Positions 18,340 to 27,014 are shown, counted from the first letter of the stretch. The stretch is 32,846 nucleotides of DNA from a virus (IMGVR_UViG_3300033508_000635:1-32846), one strand, 5' to 3'. The notes: generated by a model from the letters alone, not told the origin. Numbers and translations: made by a program.

Positions 18340-18519
18340 ATGCAACCTACATTCAAAAAATGCACTCTACCTGTCGGGGACTATAATTGTCTGACCAACC
18401 GATTAGGAAAACCACGCGCGTATGCAAAAATCAACACCGCGTTTTCTGATAAAAAGACTCTGAACGAAGCAACCAAAATTATTAAAAGTGGGAATCGTTT
18501 CTTTATTGTTCGATTATAA
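18340..18519 (+). CDS. 59-aa basic hypothetical protein (not in ORF track)
   Basis: MQPTFKKCTLPVGDYNCLTNRLGKPRAYAKINTAFSDKKTLNEATKIIKSGNRFFIVRL*; A-rich leader and its own terminator. Confidence 0.65.
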   Translation: MQPTFKKCTLPVGDYNCLTNRLGKPRAYAKINTAFSDKKTLNEATKIIKSGNRFFIVRL

Positions 18520-18539
18520 TACCGAAATTTACTCCAAAC

Positions 18540-18562
18540 AAGCTCCTCACGGGGCTTTTTTT
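18540..18562 (+). terminator. Intrinsic terminator
   Basis: AAGCTCC-TCAC-GGGGCTT followed by a T-run, between convergent genes. Confidence 0.7.
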
Positions 18563-18581
18563 ATGTTTATAGAGTAAATGG

Positions 18582-18800
18582 TCATTTCATTTCTGAAACA
18601 ACTCTAAATTCCGGCAAAAAGCGCATTACGGTCCTAATCGGTATTTGGTAGACCTCACACCAATATTTTATTGTCTGCACTTCTTTTACTCCCGATAATG
18701 TAAGTACGGTGAAAGCTTTGTGTTTGATTTCGGTTTCTTTACTAACCGTAAATTCTGCGTGCATTTTAGTCGTTAGTTCTTCTTTATAATCTTTGGTCAT
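18582..18800 (-). CDS. 72-aa protein downstream of MuF toxin; candidate immunity/antitoxin
   Basis: Starts 12 nt after the MuF stop. TIKYWCEVYQIPIRTVMRF resembles a helix-turn-helix. Confidence 0.55.
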   Translation of the reverse strand: MTKDYKEELTTKMHAEFTVSKETEIKHKAFTVLTLSGVKEVQTIKYWCEVYQIPIRTVMRFLPEFRVVSEMK

Positions 18801-18812
18801 TGTTATTATGTA

Positions 18813-21305
18813 TTAATCGGTGAATCCCATGTATTTTTCGAAATAATTGCGTTGTAAAGGGTCTTTTAGTAATAATTCACCATACCAATCAGACCCGAGT
18901 AATGATTTTTTTAAATCTGGATGTTCAGCTAATAAATTCATAGGAAAGTGCGTTTTACCACTATTACTTCTTTTATATGTGGTAAATATATCGAGTGCCT
19001 TTGTTTTTTGAAGACCTTTAAATCTACTCGAAATAAAGTCCTGAGCTTCCTCCATTGTTTGACTGAACCCGTATTTAGCCCACGCATACCCTCCCACATC
19101 AATATTTGCGTGCACTTTAATTTTTTGCACCTTAGCTGTTTTATATTGCTTATACAAGCTTTTAAATACTTTTTTTGATAAGTCTTTACCTTGTAAGTCA
19201 TCACTAATAGTGAATAATGAGTGAGCTACCTGTCGTTCATTATTGGAATCTAAAGTAAAAGCTCGACGTATCAAATATTCAGATTTTTTAACATTACCAC
19301 CTACTGTAAAATTTACCCCGTTAGCTGAACCATTTAAAGTAATAGTACCCACCTTTGGAATCCCTACATCAGTAAAGGTTGAATTTATTTCTTTTACCAA
19401 TGTAGGCATGTCAAAATCACCTAATACGTTATGGTAATACTTATCCATTGACTTACTTATATTAATATCACATCCAGGGTATAAAGTTTTTAATTCAGCG
19501 GTTAATTTTTCAGCTGATTGAAAACGAAATCCTCCTCCTGGTTTTGGTGGTACTTCGTCAAATACTTCAACAACTAAAGTATTCGTTTCTTTATTCACTG
19601 AACGCACTACAAAATTACTATTGCGTCCAAGTAAATATTCTTGTTCTTTATTACCTAAATTAGCTACTTTAGCATTTTTATTGACCAACATTTCAATTTT
19701 AATCCCACTACCTCCAGAGGTCGGAGTTAATTTACCACGAGTATATCCATAATTAGTATAAACCTCACCTACTTGTTTATTCATTAATTGTTGTGCAAAG
19801 TCGCCGTCTATATTTCCATGCAACGTTATATTTTGTTTTGGAGCTCCTTTTTCAATAACCGCGTCGAGTGCTTTAATTTTAGCCTCCATAATTGGGCGTT
19901 CCCGAAAATTATAACCTTCACCACTCTTCGCTATATAATTATCAATTTCGTCAGATACATATTTACGCTTTATGTTGGTAGTCCCTTTATTATAGTCCTG
20001 AAGAACTTTTTGTTCGGCGGGATTTAAGGTTTTAGTAACGCGGATGTTCTCCTTAGCGTAAAATTCGGTAGCCTCCTTGCCTTTTAGTTGGGGATAGTCC
20101 TCCGAATCAATTTTTTTAATCGGTTCTACTTCGGTATTGATTTCTTTTTTAGTTTCTTTTTTAGGCTTGGGTACCTTCTTCGTTTCTTTTTTAGGTGCAA
20201 TTTCTACCGGTGCAGGTTCAACCTTCGGAGCTGGTTGTCTTTGCATCAAATTGTTATTCGATGCAATAAAACGCGGTTGATTAGTCCAATTTTTCCATTT
20301 ATCAGAATTGGTAGTGAGGTATTGTTTATAATTTTCGGGCATGACTTCAACTTCGTTGACCGAGTTTGAAGTAGGGGCACCACCTGACAATATTAAATCA
20401 ATATCCGCGTCGAGTTCTTCGGCGGTCTTCAGTATATTCAAAGACATACATTTACAATTCACATGCCATTTACTACTGAAATCAAAATCCTTAGGGTACT
20501 TGCCCTGCAAACTCTGACAAGAAATACCGCCTTTATCGTCTTCAGTTCTATGTTGAGGACTGACCCTTATTTCGACACCTACTATAAAAGGTTGCTGCTT
20601 TCGTTTTTCTTGTTGACTCTGTTCATAACTAAAATTGATTTCATTTCGAGCTAACCGCAATGCATTTTTATATGAACTTCGATATACGCCTTGTCCCGGG
20701 TGATAAACTTTAGCAGCCTGTGAAAGTCTTAATTCACCATTTGCGTTGCGGACACGACGGAATAATGCGTCAGGATTCTGTAAATACTGTTTCATATTAC
20801 GCGCCATGGTCGACGCAGCCTGTCCCGAACCTATTCCGGTCTCGAGTGCCAACTCCAACTCGGTTTTAAATTGGCTGGTATTATTCCATACTTTATCACT
20901 TAATCCTAATCCCTTTGAATCTTTACGACTAATAAAAGCTTTCAACGCATCGTGGTTATTACTCAAATATTGATTACGCAACTCTTTTGGTATATCATTT
21001 AGTTGGTCACCATAAATAGTTTTGACTAATTCGTTATTTTTTTCAACCGCCAGGTCCCACTCAGACGTAATACCTTCAACCGTAACCCCTAAAACATCAC
21101 CATACAGTTGGTCTATTATTTCGTCGATACTTTTGTTGACTTTCGGGTTATTTCGAAGGAATAAATTACTATTCTTGTCAAGTGATAACTCAGACTTTAA
21201 GTTCATGGACTTAGTAATAGCGGAGTAGTACGCCTTGGCTATACGCGCACTATATCCGGTATTATTTGCAGCATGTTGAGCATCAAAATTACTTTGTGAT
21301 GGCAT
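18813..21305 (-). CDS. MuF (SPP1 gp7-like) minor head protein fused to ART-like and GNAT-like domains
   Basis: Follows the portal gene. MuF motifs RLARNEIN and CQSLQG...WHVNCKC; P/K/E linker; VIP2-like segment ending EQEYLLGRNSNFVV; GNAT-like DDLQGKDLS...ANIDVGGYAWAKYGF. Confidence 0.8.
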   Translation of the reverse strand: MPSQSNFDAQHAANNTGYSARIAKAYYSAITKSMNLKSELSLDKNSNLFLRNNPKVNKSIDEIIDQLYGDVLGVTVEGITSEWDLAVEKNNELVKTIYGDQLNDIPKELRNQYLSNNHDALKAFISRKDSKGLGLSDKVWNNTSQFKTELELALETGIGSGQAASTMARNMKQYLQNPDALFRRVRNANGELRLSQAAKVYHPGQGVYRSSYKNALRLARNEINFSYEQSQQEKRKQQPFIVGVEIRVSPQHRTEDDKGGISCQSLQGKYPKDFDFSSKWHVNCKCMSLNILKTAEELDADIDLILSGGAPTSNSVNEVEVMPENYKQYLTTNSDKWKNWTNQPRFIASNNNLMQRQPAPKVEPAPVEIAPKKETKKVPKPKKETKKEINTEVEPIKKIDSEDYPQLKGKEATEFYAKENIRVTKTLNPAEQKVLQDYNKGTTNIKRKYVSDEIDNYIAKSGEGYNFRERPIMEAKIKALDAVIEKGAPKQNITLHGNIDGDFAQQLMNKQVGEVYTNYGYTRGKLTPTSGGSGIKIEMLVNKNAKVANLGNKEQEYLLGRNSNFVVRSVNKETNTLVVEVFDEVPPKPGGGFRFQSAEKLTAELKTLYPGCDINISKSMDKYYHNVLGDFDMPTLVKEINSTFTDVGIPKVGTITLNGSANGVNFTVGGNVKKSEYLIRRAFTLDSNNERQVAHSLFTISDDLQGKDLSKKVFKSLYKQYKTAKVQKIKVHANIDVGGYAWAKYGFSQTMEEAQDFISSRFKGLQKTKALDIFTTYKRSNSGKTHFPMNLLAEHPDLKKSLLGSDWYGELLLKDPLQRNYFEKYMGFTD

Positions 21306-21309
21306 AATT

Positions 21310-22701
21310 TTACATTAATGAGTTAGCGGCGGCTTTTTGTTCATTTTGAATGGTTTCAACTTCCAATGCAACATCGTCCACTTCATTCAATACGCGTACT
21401 TTGGTTTCGAGACTCATATTGGCACCGGCGGTCGCAACATATTGGGCGGTATCAACCTTATTTTTAACCGAGTATGGTTTTATCTGACTGCGTATGGTAA
21501 TTAGCTCCAGTGTAGCCTTCAACGCAGGGAACATAGTAGCCAAAAATTTCTTAACAATAACCAGTTCTGAGTAAAAAAGGGACTCCCATTCACCACCTAA
21601 GTCCCGAGCTTTCGCTTTTGCATCGGAAAATAGCAATTCCTTATTGTCTGCACTGGTATTTGAATTGATTAAATTAGCAAAACTAATATCGGGCATTTGT
21701 ACCTGCTCAAAATAAGAGTTTCGAAGTCTGCTATACCTACTACTTATTGCTTCACCTGCACCCTCCCAAGTTACGTCAGTCATACTACCACCTTTACCTA
21801 CATTAACTATTTTTCGTGAGTCTGTAGATTTTTCAGTAACCGCAGTTGATATGGCACCGGTACCGATTTCGCCATAATCCAAGATAAATGTCGGTAGTGA
21901 GTTGCGTTTTATGTAAAGTCCCTGAAACGACTCCATTTCCTCCAATTGCTCAACCAATGCAGTACCATGGTCACCGCCCCAAACCGGTTCGGAAATTGCA
22001 CTATATACCACCGGGAATACTTCGAGTTTCTGCGGATAGCCTTCCGCTATGGTCCAGTCGGTTGTTTTCACAAATCGGTTGAACTGCAAAGGATTTTTAG
22101 TATATAGGTCAAAGTATTCGACCTTGTCTGCGTCCTTATACGAAAGGGCGAGTGCTAACAACTCATCGTACTCATCATTTTTAACGGTAATCTGATAACC
22201 TTCCATTTCTGAGTAAGTCTTGTGCAGCAATTGTAATTTGGTGGTTAATTTATCGAAAATAAACGGTTCGTCAATCTGTTTAGCAAACCAAATTGTAGCA
22301 ACCTGACAAGAGGCGTTTAATCTTTTTGCGCGTTCAATATTTTTGGAATCAATTTTGTTATCAACTCGGTAGATTTGTTCAATCAAAGATACCACCATTT
22401 GTTGTTCTTCATTAGTCTTGTCGTAGGTATATATTCGTTCAACCGGTGTAGCAAACATAGCTTGAGCTATCCGATTAACTGCGAGTTTCTGCAAAGCTAA
22501 AGGAGTGCGTTTGAAATCGTCGGAACCGGTTTCATTCGGTTTACTCGGGTATTTTGCCTCGTCAAATATATTATGTTGCATCGGGTCGTATTGTTTGACC
22601 AAATCAGACCACTTTGGAACTATAGAGTCTGATGTTTCCAATGCTTTTATAATATCAGCCGGGGCCTTAGTTAATATTTCTGCTAATTTTTCTGTTGTCA
22701 T
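21310..22701 (-). CDS. Portal protein (SPP1 gp6-like)
   Basis: 463 aa between terL and MuF. LQKLAVNRIAQAMFATPV; QMPDISF. Confidence 0.85.
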   Translation of the reverse strand: MTTEKLAEILTKAPADIIKALETSDSIVPKWSDLVKQYDPMQHNIFDEAKYPSKPNETGSDDFKRTPLALQKLAVNRIAQAMFATPVERIYTYDKTNEEQQMVVSLIEQIYRVDNKIDSKNIERAKRLNASCQVATIWFAKQIDEPFIFDKLTTKLQLLHKTYSEMEGYQITVKNDEYDELLALALSYKDADKVEYFDLYTKNPLQFNRFVKTTDWTIAEGYPQKLEVFPVVYSAISEPVWGGDHGTALVEQLEEMESFQGLYIKRNSLPTFILDYGEIGTGAISTAVTEKSTDSRKIVNVGKGGSMTDVTWEGAGEAISSRYSRLRNSYFEQVQMPDISFANLINSNTSADNKELLFSDAKAKARDLGGEWESLFYSELVIVKKFLATMFPALKATLELITIRSQIKPYSVKNKVDTAQYVATAGANMSLETKVRVLNEVDDVALEVETIQNEQKAAANSLM

Positions 22702-22723
22702 TTGTATTATTTTTTAAATGAAT

Positions 22724-22748
22724 AAAGGAGGATTTGAACCCTCCTTTT
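22724..22748. terminator. Intrinsic terminator
   Basis: AAAGGAGG-ATTTGAAC-CCTCCTTT between the 130-aa gene and the portal gene. Confidence 0.7.
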
Positions 22749-22760
22749 GTTCGGTACTTA

Positions 22761-23153
22761 TTACTTACCTCCTCTACGGCGCACCGGTGTCAATGCATCG
22801 TTAGCAGGGTCAGTACTTAGCTGTGGTTTGTTGAGGGCTTCCTCCTCCTCTTCTTCTTCTTCGTCCTCTTCACCGGTAAGTTCGTAAGTATCCAACTCGG
22901 TCGGGAAATCGTCTTTTGCTGCACCATCTTTGGTTAATTTGGTCAACATATTATCCAGTTCGTCCTCACCATTGCGAACCACTTCCATAAACTCGTCGTA
23001 GCTCAACAATTCAGCTTCGTTTACGAGCTTTGTACCGCCGGTAACCTGAATAACGTAAGTGCATTTATTTGTTTTGAAGTCTTTTTTTGCTGCCACGACT
23101 TCAACCGGTGTACTTTGATAATACACCTTGTCACCACTTTTAAATTTTTGCAT
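22761..23153 (-). CDS. Acidic protein with N-terminal SH3/KOW-like barrel, poly-Glu tract and basic tail
   Basis: KFKSGDKVYY...TYVI...VNEAEL; GEEDEEEEEEE; ends PVRRRGGK. Confidence 0.7.
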   Translation of the reverse strand: MQKFKSGDKVYYQSTPVEVVAAKKDFKTNKCTYVIQVTGGTKLVNEAELLSYDEFMEVVRNGEDELDNMLTKLTKDGAAKDDFPTELDTYELTGEEDEEEEEEEEALNKPQLSTDPANDALTPVRRRGGK

Positions 23154-23223
23154 AACACTTAATATTTAATTAAATAATAAAAACATAAAATTAATATATT
23201 ATTTTGAAACCAGCAAATTACAT

Positions 23224-24735
23224 CTATTGAAATAATTTTGATAACTGGTTATAAATTTCCCCCACTACTTTATTGTCTGCACCATTCAAGTAATATTTAC
23301 GCGCGTAGCATAATAGGTCGACAGCTTCGTCGTGAGCTGCACGCGGGAACCCACAAACCCGGTCCAAGAACAACTCATTCCATACTCCTTGAAGAAGAAT
23401 AAAGCGACCGGCTTCAATACTTGCCGCCGCGTTACTTAATTCGGTCTCCTTACTATCTTTATGACCAAAATTATCACTTGAAATTGGAGCTATATTCATT
23501 TTAGTGAATTGCTGCAAAGTCTGAATGGTTGAAGTCCCACTACTTTTAGGTTCGATGTACATAATACTTCTATTATGATTATAACCATAAGTCCGCATGT
23601 ATACCGGTATAAATTCGCAAAGCTGCGGCAAAGGTAACCATACCTCCCGATAGTCAAGGACATAAACTATACCGCGTTGCATTATACAGGTCAGCAGCCC
23701 GGTCGGGTCATTTTTAGCCTCACCTTTCTTGTCGAGTTTCTTTTTTCGTTCGTACGCGGTATCGCCAAAAAACATTGGGGATTCTCCTTCATGCAAAAAT
23801 AATTCTTTTGGTAATATCTTAAACCAATTTCGTTTAATTATACCACCCTCAGGAGGGGTAGGATTTTGGTCGAATTGTGCGGCATATCCATATACACCTA
23901 ACTCCTCCCTTTTATCGGCTAAAATATCACTACGCATTCTGTTCACGTCGAGTAATCCATCTAAATAGAATTTACGCAACTCAGGTGGGTTTATTCGGTC
24001 CGATTCTGTAGCCGGTAGACAAATATGCTTGACTTTCCTTCTGCGTCCTAATTGCAACATATAAGCGGTACAATCGAGTTCGTGGAGTCTTTGCATTATT
24101 AATACGTTCACACTATTTCCTTTCTCAACCTCACGAGTGAATAAGGTCTTCATATGTTCAATTGCTTTTTGTCGGTGCGGTTCGGAAGCTGCTTGTGATA
24201 TTTCCTGTAAATCGTCCATTAATTTAATATGTGCATGTCGACCGGTGATAGCACTACCGGTTGAGGTTACGTCCCGGGTCCCACCTTTGGTATTTTCGTA
24301 ACTGGTCTTCGCTGACTTATCAATTCGTAATTTGACTTCCGGGAATAATTTCTTATACTTACTACTTAATAAAATATCCCGGGTCTTCATGGCTGAGTCA
24401 ATAGATAGGGAGCTACTATGTGAGCTACTTATTACGCGCAAAGTAGGGTCGACCGCCCACAACCAGGCGGGGAACATTTGTAAAACTATTGTGGTTTTGG
24501 TCGACCCGGGAGGTACATTAATTACCAAGTCATAGGGTTTCTTTTTTCGACCGACTATAAATGGTACTATATATTGCAGTTCGTCGCACAAATACTTAAT
24601 ATGCCAATTATCACTTAATTCTTCGTGCACAACCACTTCCCAAAAAGACAAGAAAAATTCGTAAAAGGATGACAAGCACGCCTCCCTTTCGACTTCAATT
24701 AATAAGCTTTCAAGTTCTTTATTGTTGGTAATCAT
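23224..24735 (-). CDS. terL: Terminase large subunit
   Basis: Walker A INVPPGSTKT, Walker B KLMDD, IMQRLHE, nuclease motif HDEAVD. Confidence 0.95.
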   Translation of the reverse strand: MITNNKELESLLIEVEREACLSSFYEFFLSFWEVVVHEELSDNWHIKYLCDELQYIVPFIVGRKKKPYDLVINVPPGSTKTTIVLQMFPAWLWAVDPTLRVISSSHSSSLSIDSAMKTRDILLSSKYKKLFPEVKLRIDKSAKTSYENTKGGTRDVTSTGSAITGRHAHIKLMDDLQEISQAASEPHRQKAIEHMKTLFTREVEKGNSVNVLIMQRLHELDCTAYMLQLGRRRKVKHICLPATESDRINPPELRKFYLDGLLDVNRMRSDILADKREELGVYGYAAQFDQNPTPPEGGIIKRNWFKILPKELFLHEGESPMFFGDTAYERKKKLDKKGEAKNDPTGLLTCIMQRGIVYVLDYREVWLPLPQLCEFIPVYMRTYGYNHNRSIMYIEPKSSGTSTIQTLQQFTKMNIAPISSDNFGHKDSKETELSNAAASIEAGRFILLQGVWNELFLDRVCGFPRAAHDEAVDLLCYARKYYLNGADNKVVGEIYNQLSKLFQ

Positions 24736-25360
24736 GTTTGCGTGATATTTGCAGAAGGACCTGTCGTTCTTCAGGAGTTAATTTAGCTGAATTGATTCCC
24801 GTGCTCAGATTCGTTATGTCGAGTTGGTCGGGTTCATTGTATCCCATTAACTTATTTATTCGGTCCAAGGCGTCGATTTTACTGTATAACTTAATCTTTA
24901 CATATTTGACCTCGACCGGCTCCTTATTAGCAATAATTACTTCTGTTTTGGTTTCAATGCTTTCAATAGCTTCCTTTTGTTTTTCGGTCAACTTATCGAA
25001 ATCCTTTAAAGTAATCCAGTCATCGTGTAAATGTGCGATGCTTGAGTAGGCGATTTTTGTATACTCCATAATTTGCCGCATTTTAGACACCCCACATATT
25101 TTTTCGTAGTCTCGTTTAATGTAATTTAGATACTGAATAACACGCGGGTCTTTACTTAGTTGATGCCCACGCACACCTGCACTTCCTTTCGTCACATGAG
25201 GATAGGCGGTCAGATATGCCCGCCTTGCATTCCAATCTAATATATATTCATGTGCAAAGTTCTTCATTTTGTTAGTTAATATATATTCTAACTCCGACAA
25301 TTTATACTGCCTATTATGAATAATTTCTTTTAGCGGTTTCTTTTTGCGTTCCATTTTCAT
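24719..25360 (-). CDS. terS: Terminase small subunit
   Basis: LTNKMKNFAHEYILDWNARRAY...AY HTH and KIKLYSKIDAL; overlaps terL. Confidence 0.9.
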   Translation of the reverse strand: MKMERKKKPLKEIIHNRQYKLSELEYILTNKMKNFAHEYILDWNARRAYLTAYPHVTKGSAGVRGHQLSKDPRVIQYLNYIKRDYEKICGVSKMRQIMEYTKIAYSSIAHLHDDWITLKDFDKLTEKQKEAIESIETKTEVIIANKEPVEVKYVKIKLYSKIDALDRINKLMGYNEPDQLDITNLSTGINSAKLTPEERQVLLQISRKHDYQQ

Positions 25361-25372
25361 TTATTTTTGATT

Positions 25373-25380
25373 CAAAATTA
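25373..25380 (-). promoter_or_regulatory. Possible -7 box (TAATTTTG) for terS and the late operon
   Basis: Matches TAnnTTTG 12 nt upstream of the terS ATG. The -33 element is imperfect (ATTG). Confidence 0.4.
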
Positions 25381-25495
25381 TGGTATTATTTATTACTAAA
25401 CAATATACTTGGTACTCATTTAGATTTTTTTGTCTAAATTATAGTATTTGTATTTGGTTGATTTTTACTACTATACTAATTAATTTTACTGAATG

Positions 25496-25571
25496 TTAAA
25501 CTTTTCTTTAAAAAGGTTTGGACTGAATTGTATTTGTTCCTTATCTTTGGTTCGATTTAATAACAACTAAA
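25496..25571 (+). promoter_or_regulatory. Bacteroidota-type promoter cassette, copy B
   Basis: TTTG (25517-25520), 21-nt spacer, TATCTTTG (25542-25549), shared leader TTAATAACAACTAAA. Confidence 0.85.
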
Positions 25572-25583
25572 TTTTTTACGACA

Positions 25584-25868
25584 ATGATTAAATTTAATGG
25601 CACATCACATTTATTAGTGCAAGCTTTCTTAGAAAGCAAACAGAACCAAGAGTTCGAAATTATGGACACCAATTTTTCCGAGGGTATTTATATTTGGACC
25701 GAGTTCAATTTTGTACCGATTAACAGAGCAGCTAAATTGGTTGCAGGTTGGTTAAAAGAATTGTCCGAGTTGGGTGTACAGGTAGATGCTGAATTTTTCC
25801 AATGCACCGACGAAAACCAAGAACCTATTGCTGATGCTTGGAGGGTGATTTTCACAGACGTAAAGTAA
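25584..25868 (+). CDS. Acidic 94-aa early protein
   Basis: First ORF behind promoter B; followed by a terminator. Confidence 0.8.
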   Translation: MIKFNGTSHLLVQAFLESKQNQEFEIMDTNFSEGIYIWTEFNFVPINRAAKLVAGWLKELSELGVQVDAEFFQCTDENQEPIADAWRVIFTDVK

Positions 25869-25874
25869 TTAATC

Positions 25875-25909
25875 AAAAAGGGACCTACTTTTAGGGGTAG
25901 GTTCTTTTT
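25875..25909 (+). terminator. Intrinsic terminator
   Basis: AAAAAGGGACCTAC...GTAGGTTCTTTTT. Confidence 0.75.
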
Positions 25910-25928
25910 AAAAAAATAAAAAAAGACT

Positions 25929-26219
25929 ATGACAGAGCAAGATTATTTTATTAAATTAGCTGATTTACAAGCTAAATTAAAAATTGAAGAAAAAAAATTA
26001 ATTAAAGAATATGTACAAAGCAATGCAACTTTAAAAATAGGGCAGATTGCTACAGATTCAAGTGGTTCAATTGAAATCGACTTAATATATGGTTCCAGGA
26101 TTAATTCGAACCATATACCAGTGATTACCTATTATGGTGTAATATTGAAAAAAGATGGTACACCGAAAAAAAATAGGGAACGTCGTTCTATTTATCAAAC
26201 TGCATTAATACTTAAGTAA
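25929..26219 (+). CDS. Hypothetical protein
   Basis: Tightly packed early ORF; LKKDGTP motif common in phage small proteins. Confidence 0.75.
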   Translation: MTEQDYFIKLADLQAKLKIEEKKLIKEYVQSNATLKIGQIATDSSGSIEIDLIYGSRINSNHIPVITYYGVILKKDGTPKKNRERRSIYQTALILK

Positions 26220-26222
26220 ATT

Positions 26223-26408
26223 ATGAATACTTCAGATTTAAAAAATATTCGAATACATGCCGGTAAAGCTGGTATGGCTATACAGACCGAAACCGGTTTA
26301 AAATTCGTTTCAGCTATCGGTAGAAATGTAAATGGTCAATGGTATGCATATACTTATTCGTTGAATAAACGCGGTACCGGCTTCCTTCTCAAACCTGATA
26401 AAATTTAG
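26223..26408 (+). CDS. Hypothetical protein
   Basis: Tightly packed ORF with 3-4 nt gaps to neighbours. Confidence 0.7.
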   Translation: MNTSDLKNIRIHAGKAGMAIQTETGLKFVSAIGRNVNGQWYAYTYSLNKRGTGFLLKPDKI

Positions 26409-26412
26409 AACC

Positions 26413-26664
26413 ATGCAACTATTCATTCACGGACATAATGAATTGTCCTCAACCGCAGTGCATCGTGTATGCTTCAATGGTGAAATATACGCGTTTATTC
26501 AAAGACTTTGGTATAAAAAATGCTGGCTGTGGTTTGTTGTGAAGCAGGTGTCCCTATCCTCAGGTAGGGTTACTTGGTCTGTAGATTCGAAACCATTGGG
26601 AGAATCAAAAGACGAAGCTTTGGTAGCTTTAAAATCAGAAATTGTACTTAATACCATTAATTAA
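26413..26664 (+). CDS. Hypothetical protein
   Basis: Tightly packed ORF. Confidence 0.65.
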   Translation: MQLFIHGHNELSSTAVHRVCFNGEIYAFIQRLWYKKCWLWFVVKQVSLSSGRVTWSVDSKPLGESKDEALVALKSEIVLNTIN

Positions 26665-26666
26665 AA

Positions 26667-27008
26667 ATGAAACCAGGAATTTATAAAGGCCTCTACGGAG
26701 GCTTTATTGTTATAAAAAATGACAATACCCGACAATTTACTGACTTATTTAGCCAAGCAGCTTTATTAATTGGGCCTAAACATCAGATTCCTTTGACCAC
26801 TCTTTTTACCTGCTTTATTACCAGTGGTTGGGGAATACCGAATAAATGGTTGAACACTACTCGTGATAATATACGAAAATTTGGTGAGTTAAGGAACGAT
26901 GTTTTTATACCGGTTCACGATTCTGTAATAATTAAAATTGACGCAGAACCAATGTTCTTAAAACGAAGCTTTGAGCAGACCCCTAAACAATGCAAACTTA
27001 AAAAATAG
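26667..27008 (+). CDS. Hypothetical protein
   Basis: Tightly packed ORF. Confidence 0.7.
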   Translation: MKPGIYKGLYGGFIVIKNDNTRQFTDLFSQAALLIGPKHQIPLTTLFTCFITSGWGIPNKWLNTTRDNIRKFGELRNDVFIPVHDSVIIKIDAEPMFLKRSFEQTPKQCKLKK

Positions 27009-27014
27009 AATAAT

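Noticed and set aside
17765-23193. TAATTTTA upstream of the scaffold (17766-17773) and 130-aa (23186-23193) genes as a late-promoter motif
   Set aside because: Too low in complexity for an AT-rich genome, and the same string arises at stop codons. Needs TSS data.
18938-25049. Alternative-frame and antisense ORFs inside MuF, portal and terminase genes
   Set aside because: Fully nested in well-supported genes with no independent evidence.
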